64,000 bases of DNA from Sedimentisphaerales bacterium (GTDB taxonomy: Bacteria; Planctomycetota; Phycisphaerae; Sedimentisphaerales; Anaerobacaceae), in NCBI GenBank assembly GCA_963708075.1, contig OY970194.1, positions 928,001-992,000 of the forward strand. Reading direction: 5' to 3'. The notes beneath the pieces are model-generated. The model was not told the origin of the DNA. It made no database searches and saw only the letters and a list, made by a program, of their open reading frames with translations. A program made the position numbers and the translations under genes. Every line of letters starts with the position of its first letter. The first letter of the stretch is position 1. Shown in pieces: positions 19,242-29,093 of the stretch.

Positions 19242-20644
19242 TCACAGGGGCGGGCCGTCCGGCTTTTGCACGCGGGCCGGAAGCCGCACGATGAAACGTC
19301 GCTCGATCTGCCCGAACAGGCCTATGCTGATCCTGAGTATCCTGAATTCGACCGTGTCTCCTTCCGTCACCTTCTCCATCTCCAGCGAGAATTCCTCCAG
19401 GTTGCGGACCGTGGCGTCATTGACCTGCAGGAGCAGGTCTCCGGGCTGAATGCCGGTCTGCCCGGCAATTCCTCGTGCATCGACATCCGTCACGATCAGG
19501 ATCGGATATGGATTCTGGAAGTCGAATCGGCGGGCGACGGCCGCCGTCAGTTCCGAAACCTCCATCTGGAAGAAACTCCGGGCAAGGAGGCGTCCATCCG
19601 GCAGGGGACGGGGCAGCAACGTCAGGTCGATGACCCGGCTGGTGGGCTTGGCCTCCTTCGGCCGGATATACGTGACGCGAATCGGCTCGCCCACGTCCTT
19701 GTGCATCGTTCGCACGTAGAAGTCGATGATGCTGCGGAGCTTATGACCGTCGATCGCCGTGATCAGATCGCCCGGGGCCAGGCCTTTGGCCTCCGCCGGG
19801 CTGCCCTTGCTGACGGAATCGACGATCAGGCCGGTGTACTGGCCCTGGCTTTGCATGGGGCCCATCGTCAGCCCGAGACGCACGCGGCGCAGCTTCTCGG
19901 GCATGAGCATGTGGGTCAAGTTGTCCACGAGCGTGTCAACCGGTATGGCAAAGCCGATGTTCTGTGCCTCCGCGCGGATGGCCGTGGTGATGCCGATGAG
20001 CTGGCCATTGACGTTGAGCAGGGGGCCGCCGCTGTTGCCCGGATTGATCGGGGCATCCGTCTGGATCAGGCCTCGCAGCCAATAGCCCTCAGTGACCTGG
20101 ATATCGCGTCCCACGGCGCTGATGACGCCGCTGGTCACCGTGTTGGCATATCCGTAGGGATTGCCGATGGCGATGACGGTCTCGCCGATCATCAGGTCGT
20201 TGCTGCGCCCATCTCGATGAACTGCAGCTCCGCACCGGCCTTGATCGCCAGCACCGCCAGGTCCTTGTTCGTATCGACGCTGATGATCTCCGCCTGAAAC
20301 TCCCGGCCGTCGCTGAACACGACCTTGATTCGTTTCACGCCTTCGACGACATGGGCATTGGTGATGATGTATCCATCTTCGTGTACGACGAAACCGGACC
20401 CGAGGACAGGCACCTGCTGCTCGAATCGCGGACCCCACATGTCGAACTCGTCGAACCCCGGCCAGGCCCGCCGAGAGACCATCTGCTCGCCGGATATGTT
20501 CACAACAGCCTTGTGCGTTCGTTCGTAGACCTTGACGACAGGCGTTTGCCGATCGAACTGGAGGCGCTCCTGGCCATGCAAAGGCTGAAGGAATCCAATC
20601 AGTACAAACAGGCAGGCTGCTCGGGAGATCGCTGACTTCACCAT
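19242..20644 (-). CDS. HtrA/DegP-family serine protease with two PDZ domains; frameshift near 20208
   Basis: Signal peptide; GSGF, TNAHV, DLAV (first frame) and [16 protein letters not shown] (second frame); adding 1 nt restores IEMGRSNDL. Confidence 0.88.
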
Positions 20645-20891
20645 ATCCTCTGGCTCTCCATTCCATGATGCCGGGCCATGCCGGCCGGCACTTCCTACCT
20701 TATCCGGCTCTCCAACATCGCCGGTTCCTGCATATATATGATGCATTGTACCTGCACTCTCTTACACGGAAGGCGCAATACTGCGTGTTAATTGTGAAGT
20801 GGGAATCAAATTGCAGGACCATGAAGGGACATCGCGGAGCGATAAAAATATGGGTCATACCCGGCAGACGGAAGCGAGCGGAAAGACGATC

Positions 20892-21380
20892 TCAGTGCCT
20901 TGGCGACATACGGTCATCCGGCCTTGGCCCTCTCTGCGGCTGCCTCCTCTGGCGGGATCTGTCCGGGATCTCCTTAATCTCGAACTTTCCGCCTCTCGGT
21001 CTGGGTCTGGGGCGGGCGGGCCGCTTGCCGGCCCCTTTGCCCTTTTTCAGCACAATCAGCGCATTGCGGGCGATCTCGGCCGTCCTGCTGTCCGGGTGGC
21101 TCATCGCTTGTATCAACACATCTTCCGCCTGCTTGCGCATCCTCCCCCGCATTTTCCGCAGTCCATAGGCGGAGGCGCTCTTGACCCGGCGCGGCGTATC
21201 TCCGGTCAGCCCTTCCTTGAGGATGTCCAATCCGTCCTCCTGCATCCAGGAGAGGTTGAACGCGGTCTGACGCACCGTCGAAATGTTGGAGGAGTAGAGC
21301 TGCTCTCGCAACTTGGCAAGGAGCTGTATCGAAGCTTCATCCTTTTCCCGCCCTGATGGTTTCCTCTTCTCCAATCTCAT
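20892..21380 (-). CDS. HEAT-repeat-like protein with a basic C-terminal tail
   Basis: GGAGGT ribosome-binding site; VRQTAFNL, VKSASAYGL and IARNAL helical repeats. Confidence 0.75.
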   Translation of the reverse strand: MRLEKRKPSGREKDEASIQLLAKLREQLYSSNISTVRQTAFNLSWMQEDGLDILKEGLTGDTPRRVKSASAYGLRKMRGRMRKQAEDVLIQAMSHPDSRTAEIARNALIVLKKGKGAGKRPARPRPRPRGGKFEIKEIPDRSRQRRQPQRGPRPDDRMSPRH

Positions 21381-21768
21381 AAAACCACCTCCCTGTAGTC
21401 ATCAGCGCAAGCAGCCAAATCGCGGAAGGCGGTCTTGCACTCGGCCTCCGGAGACGACAGAACTCCCCCGCTCAGGCACTCCACAAACGGGATCCAATGA
21501 GTTATCAGACGCTCCCCCGACGAACCATGGACATGCGGCCAGCCGTCAGTCACTCCATGCCTGGACATCAGCATCCTTGCTTATCCTCCAGCTAAAACCC
21601 CATACTACCTCAGCCTGCCGCCATTGGCCCTGATTCCTGCAACATCCTACCGGCAACAAGCTTGACAGTCATCGTCTGGAAGCAAGCTGCCTGGGCCCAT
21701 CGACACCCCATCCGCGGTTCCAGGCGGAACTCGCAAGTACGGCGCCAACAGATGCCGAAATCGAAGCC

Positions 21769-21797
21769 ATTGTCACAGCAGCCGTTATAGTTGTCAA
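21769..21797 (-). promoter_or_regulatory. Sigma70-type promoter directed toward the HEAT-like gene
   Basis: TTGACA-17 nt-GACAAT on the minus strand. Confidence 0.45.
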
Positions 21798-22116
21798 CCT
21801 ATTTTTGAGCAGGGTTTTACTATTTGCCATGGCAGTCTGCCTACAGGCAGTCCACGTGCTGCCACGATGACTCCCCTCGCGTCCCATCAAGGCTGCTGCC
21901 AGGCGTGTAAAAAAACGATTTTTCTGTAACAAAGGGATATTTTCGAGCGTCTGATTATAGCAACGGAGGAGTCGATGAGAGAGAGTGTACCGACGCAAAG
22001 CTTGCGGCACGGAGAGACCTGCTGCGGCCGGGATGCCATGGTGAGTATTTGGATGGGTGAAGTTGTGTCAGCAAATGTGATGATGTGTGCGTCCTGTGAC
22101 GTGCAATCCTGTATAC

Positions 22117-22145
22117 TTGACCAACACCCTCGGTTCGGATAGAAT
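22117..22145 (+). promoter_or_regulatory. Sigma70-type promoter of the T2SS operon
   Basis: TTGACC-17 nt-TAGAAT, 32 nt before gspE. Confidence 0.65.
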
Positions 22146-22177
22146 TGCGGATTCAACTTCCTTCACTTTGAGGCTGC

Positions 22178-23914
22178 GTGATACGGATGGATTCACACGG
22201 TAGTAATGCCAGAAGAAAACGACTGGGCGAGTTGCTCTGTGAAAGGGCATATCTCGACGAGGCCGGCCTGGGAGTCGCTCTGGCCGAGCAGAAGGTCAAA
22301 CACAGGCGGCTTGGACAGATTCTCCTGGAACTGGGGTACGTGACGCAGGCCCAGTTGAACGAGGCCCTGGCATGCCAGGTGGGGATTGAGAGGATAGAGC
22401 TCTCGGAAGTATCCATCGACAGCGATGTTATCGGTCTTGTGCCGGCCGATCTGGTCAGCAAGTACAACATTCTGCCTCTGTGGCGGGAAGATGGCCGTCT
22501 GGCGGTCGCCATGACCGATCCCTTCCAACCGCAGGTGATAGAGGACTTACGGCTGGTGAGCGGATGCATGATCCAGAGGTACTACGCCGACCCCACCCAG
22601 ATGGAGCACGCCATCCTGAGGTTCTACGGCAGCAACGTGGCCAGAATGCTGGACGACCTGGCGCCGACGGAGCAGCGATCTGATGATGGGGAATCGGGCA
22701 ACGGCGATTACTCGCCGGCCAAGCTGAACGAGCTGGCCCGCGAGCCGTCCCTCGTGAACCTGGTCAATCTGGTCATTCTGGAGGCCATCGAGGCCCGGGC
22801 CAGCGATATCCACATCGAGCCGTTCGACCGAGAGGTCAAGATCAAGTATCGCATCGACGGCATCCTCGTGGAGAAGACCCCGTCGTCCAAACGGCTTCAC
22901 GCCGCGATCATCTCCCGCATCAAGATCATGGCGAACATGAACATCGCCGAGCGATTCGTCCCCCAGGATGGGCACATCGAGTTTACAGGCAAGAACGGAA
23001 GGGTCGATATCCGCGTGTCCACGGTGCCCACCGTGTGGGGCGAGGCCGTGGAGCTTCGACTGCTCGACAAAACGGCGTCCCTGATCAGCCTCAGTGACCT
23101 TGGGATGAATTCCCAAACGCTCGAGGGTTTTTCGAAGTGCCTGCGAAAGACACACGGCATCGTCCTGGTGACCGGGCCGACCGGGTCCGGCAAGACGACG
23201 ACACTGTACGCTGCGCTGAACAGAATCTATTCGCCCTCCGTCAAGATGATCACCATCGAGGATCCTGTCGAGTATCAGCTCGAAGGGATCAATCAGATGC
23301 CCGTGAACCCCAAGCGGGGTCTGACGTTTGCCACGGGTCTGCGGCACATTCTCCGGCACGACCCGGATATCATCATGGTGGGCGAGATTCGCGACCGGGA
23401 GACAGCCGACATCGCCATCCGGGCGGCACTCACCGGCCACCTGGTCTTCTCCACGTTGCACACCAACGACGCCGCAGGGGCGGTGAGCCGGCTGATCGAC
23501 ATGGGTGTCGAGCCGTTCCTCCTGGCCAGCTCCCTGGAGGGAATTCTCGCGCAGCGGCTTGTACGCAGGATCTGCTCCAAGTGCAAAGAGCCGTATGAGC
23601 CCGACGAGAGCCTGCTGGTGAGCCTCAATGGCTCCTTCAAAATCGATCCCGGGGCCACGTTCTATCATGGAGCCGGGTGCAGCCAGTGCAACCAGACGGG
23701 AATGATGGGCAGGAGCGGAATCTTTGAGATGCTTCGCATCACCGGGCGTATTCGGGAGCTGATTGGCGGCAGGCCGACGGCGGAGCAGATCACGAGAGAG
23801 GCCCCGGCCGATCACGTCAGCATGGTGCACGACGGCATTGCCAAGGTGCTGCGCGGCGAGACGACGCTGGAGGAGATCTTCCGGGTCGCCAAGAGCATTG
23901 GGGATGAGAATTGA
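22178..23914 (+). CDS. gspE: GspE/PilB assembly ATPase with MshEN N-terminus
   Basis: ASDIHIEP, GPTGSGKTTT, TIEDPVE, DPDIIMVGEIRD, STLHTN and a tetracysteine motif. Confidence 0.93.
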   Translation: MIRMDSHGSNARRKRLGELLCERAYLDEAGLGVALAEQKVKHRRLGQILLELGYVTQAQLNEALACQVGIERIELSEVSIDSDVIGLVPADLVSKYNILPLWREDGRLAVAMTDPFQPQVIEDLRLVSGCMIQRYYADPTQMEHAILRFYGSNVARMLDDLAPTEQRSDDGESGNGDYSPAKLNELAREPSLVNLVNLVILEAIEARASDIHIEPFDREVKIKYRIDGILVEKTPSSKRLHAAIISRIKIMANMNIAERFVPQDGHIEFTGKNGRVDIRVSTVPTVWGEAVELRLLDKTASLISLSDLGMNSQTLEGFSKCLRKTHGIVLVTGPTGSGKTTTLYAALNRIYSPSVKMITIEDPVEYQLEGINQMPVNPKRGLTFATGLRHILRHDPDIIMVGEIRDRETADIAIRAALTGHLVFSTLHTNDAAGAVSRLIDMGVEPFLLASSLEGILAQRLVRRICSKCKEPYEPDESLLVSLNGSFKIDPGATFYHGAGCSQCNQTGMMGRSGIFEMLRITGRIRELIGGRPTAEQITREAPADHVSMVHDGIAKVLRGETTLEEIFRVAKSIGDEN

Positions 23915-23976
23915 CCAGTCACATGCAGCCGCAGGCTGTGCCGGTTGGTGGATTTCACACACACGCGGGGTAAATC

Positions 23977-25239
23977 TTGGGCCAGTTTTCGTACAAGGCA
24001 GTTGATCAATCAGGCGGACACGTGACCGGCGTGGTGGAGGCAGCCGACCGCAGGAGCGCCGTGGCGGCGTTGACCGGCCGGGGACATCTGGTCACCGAGC
24101 TTGTGGAGAAAGGGCAGCATCACCAAAGTGGGGAATCGACCGCCCGGGCCGTTGGGCTGTCGAGTCTGCCCGGCATCGGGCGGCGGGTCTCGAGCCGGGA
24201 CGTCCTGGCGGTCACGACCCAGCTCAGCACCGCGGTGCGCGCGGGGCTGCCCTTGCTGAATTGCCTCGAATTGATGCGCAAGCAACAGCGCAAACCTGCC
24301 ATGCGGCAACTGTTCGATGACCTGGTCAACTCCGTCAACGCGGGCAAAGCCCTCTCCGAAGCCATGGCCGAGCACAGGGAGGTCTTCAGTCCTCTCTACC
24401 TGTCGATGATCCGCGTGGGGGAGACCGGTGGAATCCTCGAGCAGACCAGTGCCCAACTGGCGATGATCCTGTCGCGCGAGGAGAAGGTGAAAACCAACAT
24501 GAAGAACGCCGCCGCGTACCCGATCTTCGTTCTGGCCATCGGCCTGATCTCGGCGACAATCATCGTGGCCGTGATCCTGCCGAAGATTCTTGATACCATC
24601 GATGTCGCGGCAGTCGCCCTGCCCCTGCCCACGAGGATTCTTCTTGGCGTAAGCACTTTTATCCGCGCCCTGTTCACGAGCGTCATGGGCTGGGGCGTTC
24701 TTCTCGTCGCGGTGATCAGTCTGATCGGTTTTCGGCGGTGGACGAAGACGACGGGCAGGCTCGCCTGGGACCGCTTCAGACTGGGCGTGCCCATCCTCGG
24801 GTCGGTTCTGCGGACGACGGCCGTGGGACGGTTCGCCCGGACCCTCGGCGCCCTGACGAAGGGCGGCGTGACGATTCTGGAAGCGCTCGGGGTCGTCCGT
24901 GATACGCTGGGCAATGAGGTCCTGGCCAGGCAGGTCGATCACGTGGCGGAGGAGGTCAAGCGGGGCGAGTCCCTCGCGACTCCACTGGAGGCATCAGGCG
25001 ATTTCCCGCCTCTGCTGGTGCAGATCGTGGCCGTGGGGGAACAGACGGGCAAGCTCGATGAGCTTCTGCTCAACGCCGCCGATACGTTCGACACGGATGC
25101 GGACGCCGCCATCAACCGCTTCATGTCGATCTTTCCCGCCGTGTTGATTCTCTTGCTGGCTCTGATCGTCGGGTTTATCATTGCCGCAGCACTGCTGCCC
25201 ATTGTGAACATGTCGCTCAGCGCAGGAGCGATACGATAG
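23977..25239 (+). CDS. gspF: GspF/PilC inner-membrane platform protein
   Basis: TTG start, FSYKA N-terminus; GETGG.L and GEQTGKLD repeats; YP motif. Confidence 0.92.
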   Translation: MGQFSYKAVDQSGGHVTGVVEAADRRSAVAALTGRGHLVTELVEKGQHHQSGESTARAVGLSSLPGIGRRVSSRDVLAVTTQLSTAVRAGLPLLNCLELMRKQQRKPAMRQLFDDLVNSVNAGKALSEAMAEHREVFSPLYLSMIRVGETGGILEQTSAQLAMILSREEKVKTNMKNAAAYPIFVLAIGLISATIIVAVILPKILDTIDVAAVALPLPTRILLGVSTFIRALFTSVMGWGVLLVAVISLIGFRRWTKTTGRLAWDRFRLGVPILGSVLRTTAVGRFARTLGALTKGGVTILEALGVVRDTLGNEVLARQVDHVAEEVKRGESLATPLEASGDFPPLLVQIVAVGEQTGKLDELLLNAADTFDTDADAAINRFMSIFPAVLILLLALIVGFIIAAALLPIVNMSLSAGAIR

Positions 25240-25310
25240 CGGGCGGGAGAATGAGGCCCGTGAATCGACGCGACAGGAGTCCAGCGATGACAAATGCAAG
25301 GGGTATTGAA

Positions 25311-25742
25311 ATGATACATGGAAATCGGAAGAACAGAGGATTCACGCTCGTCGAGTTGCTTGTGGTGATCCTGATCGTGTCGATGCTCGCCGCCGTCATG
25401 GCGCCGCGGGTGTTCAAGGGGCTTGGCAAGGCCAAGTCGGGCATTGCCAAAACGAACATGGCGATCATCGCCGATTCGCTGGCACGCTATCAGAACGACT
25501 GCGGGCGATTGCCCGATGAATCCGAGGGAGGGCTGGAGGCGCTGCTCGTGGCTCCGCCTGAGATGGAGGAGAAGTGGAACGGCCCCTATTTGAGGAAGAG
25601 CCAGCTTGTCGATCCCTGGGACAATCAGTACGTGTATATCTCCGAGGGCCAGATCAACCCGGGCAGTTTCGACCTGATCTGCCTGGGCGCCGACGGCCAG
25701 GAGGGCGGCGAAGGAGATGATGCGGACATCCTATATGAATGA
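25311..25742 (+). CDS. gspG: Major pseudopilin
   Basis: G-FTLVELL prepilin site; WNGPYL, DPW and GADGQEGGEG..AD motifs; alternative ATG at 25287. Confidence 0.93.
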   Translation: MIHGNRKNRGFTLVELLVVILIVSMLAAVMAPRVFKGLGKAKSGIAKTNMAIIADSLARYQNDCGRLPDESEGGLEALLVAPPEMEEKWNGPYLRKSQLVDPWDNQYVYISEGQINPGSFDLICLGADGQEGGEGDDADILYE

Positions 25743-25796
25743 GCATGAAGTGTGGTTTTTGATTGTTGATTGTTGATTCAAAGAAAGTTGGGCCTC

Positions 25797-26393
25797 ATGT
25801 CCCCAAATCAAAAATCAAAGATCGTAAATCAAAAATCAGCACAGGGTTTCACGCTCGTCGAGCTGATGCTCGTGATTTCCATCATGGTGCTTCTCGGCGG
25901 TGCTGGCGCCGGGATGTACGCGGGCACATACAAGAAAGTCCTTGTGGAGAAGGCAGCGCGTCAATTCCTGCTGATGGCCCGGTATGCGAAGATCGCGGCC
26001 GTCGAGCAGCAGCAGGTGTACGACCTGGAGTTCGACAAGGATCAGGGTTTTCTGCTGGCGACCACGCAGCCGAACGAGGTCACGGGGCAGACGGAGAAGA
26101 CGATTGTCAGAAACTACTATTGCCGGCCCGTGGAATTCGAGGGGGATGTGAAGTTCGAGGACGCAAAGCTTACGGGGATGACGGCCGAGTCCCTCGACGA
26201 GGAGGGTTCGGAGCTGAAGATCTCGTTTCTGCCGAACGGCACGACACAATCGGCCCTGGTGCAGATCGGCGATGGAAAGACCCATTACACGATTGCCATT
26301 GTTGCCTCGACCGCAAGAGCGACCCTCTACTGGGGCCCGGCCGATAAGGTCACTGACGTGAAGAACGTAGCTATCGATCTGGACGCGCAATGA
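25797..26393 (+). CDS. Minor pseudopilin, GspH-like
   Basis: G-FTLVELM prepilin site; F.PNG motif; operon position. Confidence 0.82.
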   Translation: MSPNQKSKIVNQKSAQGFTLVELMLVISIMVLLGGAGAGMYAGTYKKVLVEKAARQFLLMARYAKIAAVEQQQVYDLEFDKDQGFLLATTQPNEVTGQTEKTIVRNYYCRPVEFEGDVKFEDAKLTGMTAESLDEEGSELKISFLPNGTTQSALVQIGDGKTHYTIAIVASTARATLYWGPADKVTDVKNVAIDLDAQ

Positions 26394-26815
26394 GAGCGAT
26401 GCAACGGACAAGATGGATGGGCTTCAACCTGGTGGAGACCCTGCTGGCCACGACGATCCTTTCCGGGTCGGTGCTCGCGCTGGCCGCCATCAGCACGAAC
26501 GCCGTGACGGATGTCAGGCTCAACCGGCATTACGAGATGGCCGCGGCGGTGATCGACGAGCAATTCAGCATGATCGAGTACATGGGAATCGATCAATTCA
26601 TCGAGCTCGACCAGACCGAGGGCATCAAGGAGGACGCGGAGCCCCAGTACCACTGGCAGGTGTCTACCGAGTACCGGAGCATCGACAATCTCTACCTGGT
26701 GACCGTCACAGTGACCTGGATCGAGCGGAACCGGCCCTACAGCGTGACCGCGCAGACCATGCTGGATGGCACGGGGATAGCCGCGACCACCACATCCGAG
26801 GCCGCAACGCAATGA
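26390..26815 (+). CDS. Minor pseudopilin, GspI-like
   Basis: G-FNLVETL prepilin site; VTVTVTW motif. Confidence 0.82.
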   Translation: MRAMQRTRWMGFNLVETLLATTILSGSVLALAAISTNAVTDVRLNRHYEMAAAVIDEQFSMIEYMGIDQFIELDQTEGIKEDAEPQYHWQVSTEYRSIDNLYLVTVTVTWIERNRPYSVTAQTMLDGTGIAATTTSEAATQ

Positions 26816-27624
26816 CAGCACGGGCAATGAACAGCCGGGGATTCACGTTGGCCGAGGTACTGGTCGCCTCGACGATCAGTGCGTTCATTGCCATCTCGGC
26901 CCTCGGCGCCCTGAAGGCCGTCACGGACAGCACCCAGGTCGTCAATCGCGCGACGGAAACGGCCGGGGAAGTGCGGTTCGCCGCGAGAATGATGGCGGCC
27001 GACCTCGGCAACCTGTACCGCGACCCGGATCCCAGGAACATGAAGCTCGTCGGCGCGTCGCAGGAATCCAGCGCGGGCGGGCCCACCATATTGACCTTCT
27101 ATGCGGTGGGAAGCACCAAGGCGCGAGCCGGCCAGCCGGAGGGCGACATCTACGAAATCGAGTATTTCCTGGCCGAGAACAGGAATGCCGAGCCGGAGTC
27201 GCAGCCGGGGGAGCAACGAGAAGAGGAGGAGGCCCAGAAATTCGTTCTGTTCCGGCGATTGTGGCCGAATCCCGACAGGGAAAGGAACCCCGGCGGCATC
27301 CTCACGCCTATCGCGGAGAACATCGATCAGATGGAGATGCGGTTCTTTGACGGCAAGCAATGGGCTCCCCAGTGGCCTGAAGAGTTGCAGTCGATTCCCG
27401 AGCTGGTGGAGGTTACGCTGGTGACTGTGCCGAAGGGTCGGGGCAGTCCCGTGATCGAGAAATTCACGGTGAATTTCCCCCGGCTTGCCGCCAGGGGGAC
27501 TGGCTCTGCGGGCGAAGGACCGCAGGGCGAGCAGGGCAGCGCCCAACCACCGCAGCCGGGCGAGCCGCAAACGCAAGAGAACCAGGGTACACCCGGACCA
27601 CCTGAGCCAAGATCAAGACGATGA
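26812..27624 (+). CDS. Minor pseudopilin, GspJ-like
   Basis: ATG at 26812 overlaps the upstream stop; G-FTLAEVL; FFDGKQW..QW...IP.LVEV motif. Confidence 0.85.
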   Translation: MTARAMNSRGFTLAEVLVASTISAFIAISALGALKAVTDSTQVVNRATETAGEVRFAARMMAADLGNLYRDPDPRNMKLVGASQESSAGGPTILTFYAVGSTKARAGQPEGDIYEIEYFLAENRNAEPESQPGEQREEEEAQKFVLFRRLWPNPDRERNPGGILTPIAENIDQMEMRFFDGKQWAPQWPEELQSIPELVEVTLVTVPKGRGSPVIEKFTVNFPRLAARGTGSAGEGPQGEQGSAQPPQPGEPQTQENQGTPGPPEPRSRR

Positions 27625-29093
27625 GTACGCAAGCGAAATCCCGAAGAGCAGTTGAATCGCATGTCCCGGGTGCGAGAAGGGCGTTCGCCCTGGCTTTGGT
27701 GCTCTGGGTGGTCATGATCATGACGGCCATTGTTGCCATCGCCGGACAGACCAATCGGCTGAACATGAAGATGGCCACGGGGGCCCTGGACCAGATCCGC
27801 TGCAAATGGGCCTGTCGAGCCGGCACCGAGAGCGCCATCGCGCTTCTCATCGACGACCTGCGCGCCAGCGACTGTCTCCAGGACACGTGGAGCAACAGCG
27901 ACGAGGACTACAACGACGTCCAGTTGGAGCGCTGTGCGTACTCCGTCCGCGTCCTGGACGAGGCGGGCAAGCTGAACGTGAACATCGCCACGAAAGAGCA
28001 GCTCATGGCGTTGCCGTACATGGAGGAGAACATCGCCGATTCCATCCTGGATTGGCGGGATGGCGATGAGGAGGTGCGGACAGAAGGGGGGGAGGCGGGC
28101 TACTACGAGAACCTGCCATTCCCCTACACGATTCGCAACGGTCCTTTCAAGACGATCCGGGAACTGCTCCGGGTCAAGGATGTGACGCCGGACTTGCTGT
28201 ACGGCGAGGACGCGGATCTGGACGGCCAGCTCGATTTCAACGAGATGGATGGCGAGCTGAGCCCGCCGATGGATAATGGCGACGATTACCTCGACCAGGG
28301 GTGGATTGCCTACCTGACCTGCTACTCCTACGAGCGGAACGTGGACGCCGACGGCAGCAACCGGATCAACGTCAATCAGGCCGACGAACAGCAGTTGCAG
28401 TCGGAGTTGGGCCTCACAGCCGGGCAGGCCAGATGGATCGTGCAGAATCGCGGGCAGGGATTCCGAAGCATCGGCGACCTCGTCGGCTCGAATCCTCAGC
28501 AACAGACCGGCGGCGGCCGCGGCCGGAATCAGGGAAACCGGAATAATCAAGGAAATCAGAACAATCAGGGGGACCAGGGAAACCGGAATAACCAGGGCAA
28601 TCAGGGGAACCAAAACAACCAAGGCAATCAAGGGAACCAGAACAACCAGGGCGGCCAGGGCAACCAGAACAACCAGGCTCCCGGCGAGCCCCTGGACCTT
28701 CAGACGTTCGCCCGAATTTCCGACCGGATCACGATCAGCGGCGAACAACGGATTCCCGGCAAGATCAACATCAACACGGCGCCGTGGGAGGTGCTGGTGG
28801 TGCTGTTTGGCGGCGGAGAGCAGGCCGAGCAAGCGGCCTATGGAGTCGTCTCGGAGCGAGCAAACCTCCTGTATGGATTCCAGAGTATCGCCGATCTCGC
28901 GAGTGTGCAGTCCGTGGGCCTCGAGAGGTTCAAAAGAGTCGCCGATCAAATTACGGTTCGTTCGGACATCTTCCGGATTCGCTGCTTTGCCACGGCGGCT
29001 ATCAGCGGGGCGAAAATGCAAACCGAATGCGTTGTGGATCGTTCGGCCACGCCGTGCACGGTCCTTTACTCGTACCAGGGAGCAAACTATTGA
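27621..29093 (+). CDS. gspK: GspK-like tip pseudopilin with a Q/N/G-rich insertion
   Basis: A-FALALVLW without Glu5; DEAGKLNVN, ILDWRD, NGPF and ININTA motifs. Confidence 0.88.
   Translation: MSTQAKSRRAVESHVPGARRAFALALVLWVVMIMTAIVAIAGQTNRLNMKMATGALDQIRCKWACRAGTESAIALLIDDLRASDCLQDTWSNSDEDYNDVQLERCAYSVRVLDEAGKLNVNIATKEQLMALPYMEENIADSILDWRDGDEEVRTEGGEAGYYENLPFPYTIRNGPFKTIRELLRVKDVTPDLLYGEDADLDGQLDFNEMDGELSPPMDNGDDYLDQGWIAYLTCYSYERNVDADGSNRINVNQADEQQLQSELGLTAGQARWIVQNRGQGFRSIGDLVGSNPQQQTGGGRGRNQGNRNNQGNQNNQGDQGNRNNQGNQGNQNNQGNQGNQNNQGGQGNQNNQAPGEPLDLQTFARISDRITISGEQRIPGKININTAPWEVLVVLFGGGEQAEQAAYGVVSERANLLYGFQSIADLASVQSVGLERFKRVADQITVRSDIFRIRCFATAAISGAKMQTECVVDRSATPCTVLYSYQGANY
28521..28676 (+). 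repeat. Coding low-complexity (QGN/QNN)n tract
   Basis: GRNQGNRNNQGNQNNQGDQGNRNNQGNQGNQNNQGNQGNQNNQGGQGNQNNQ. Confidence 0.9.
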
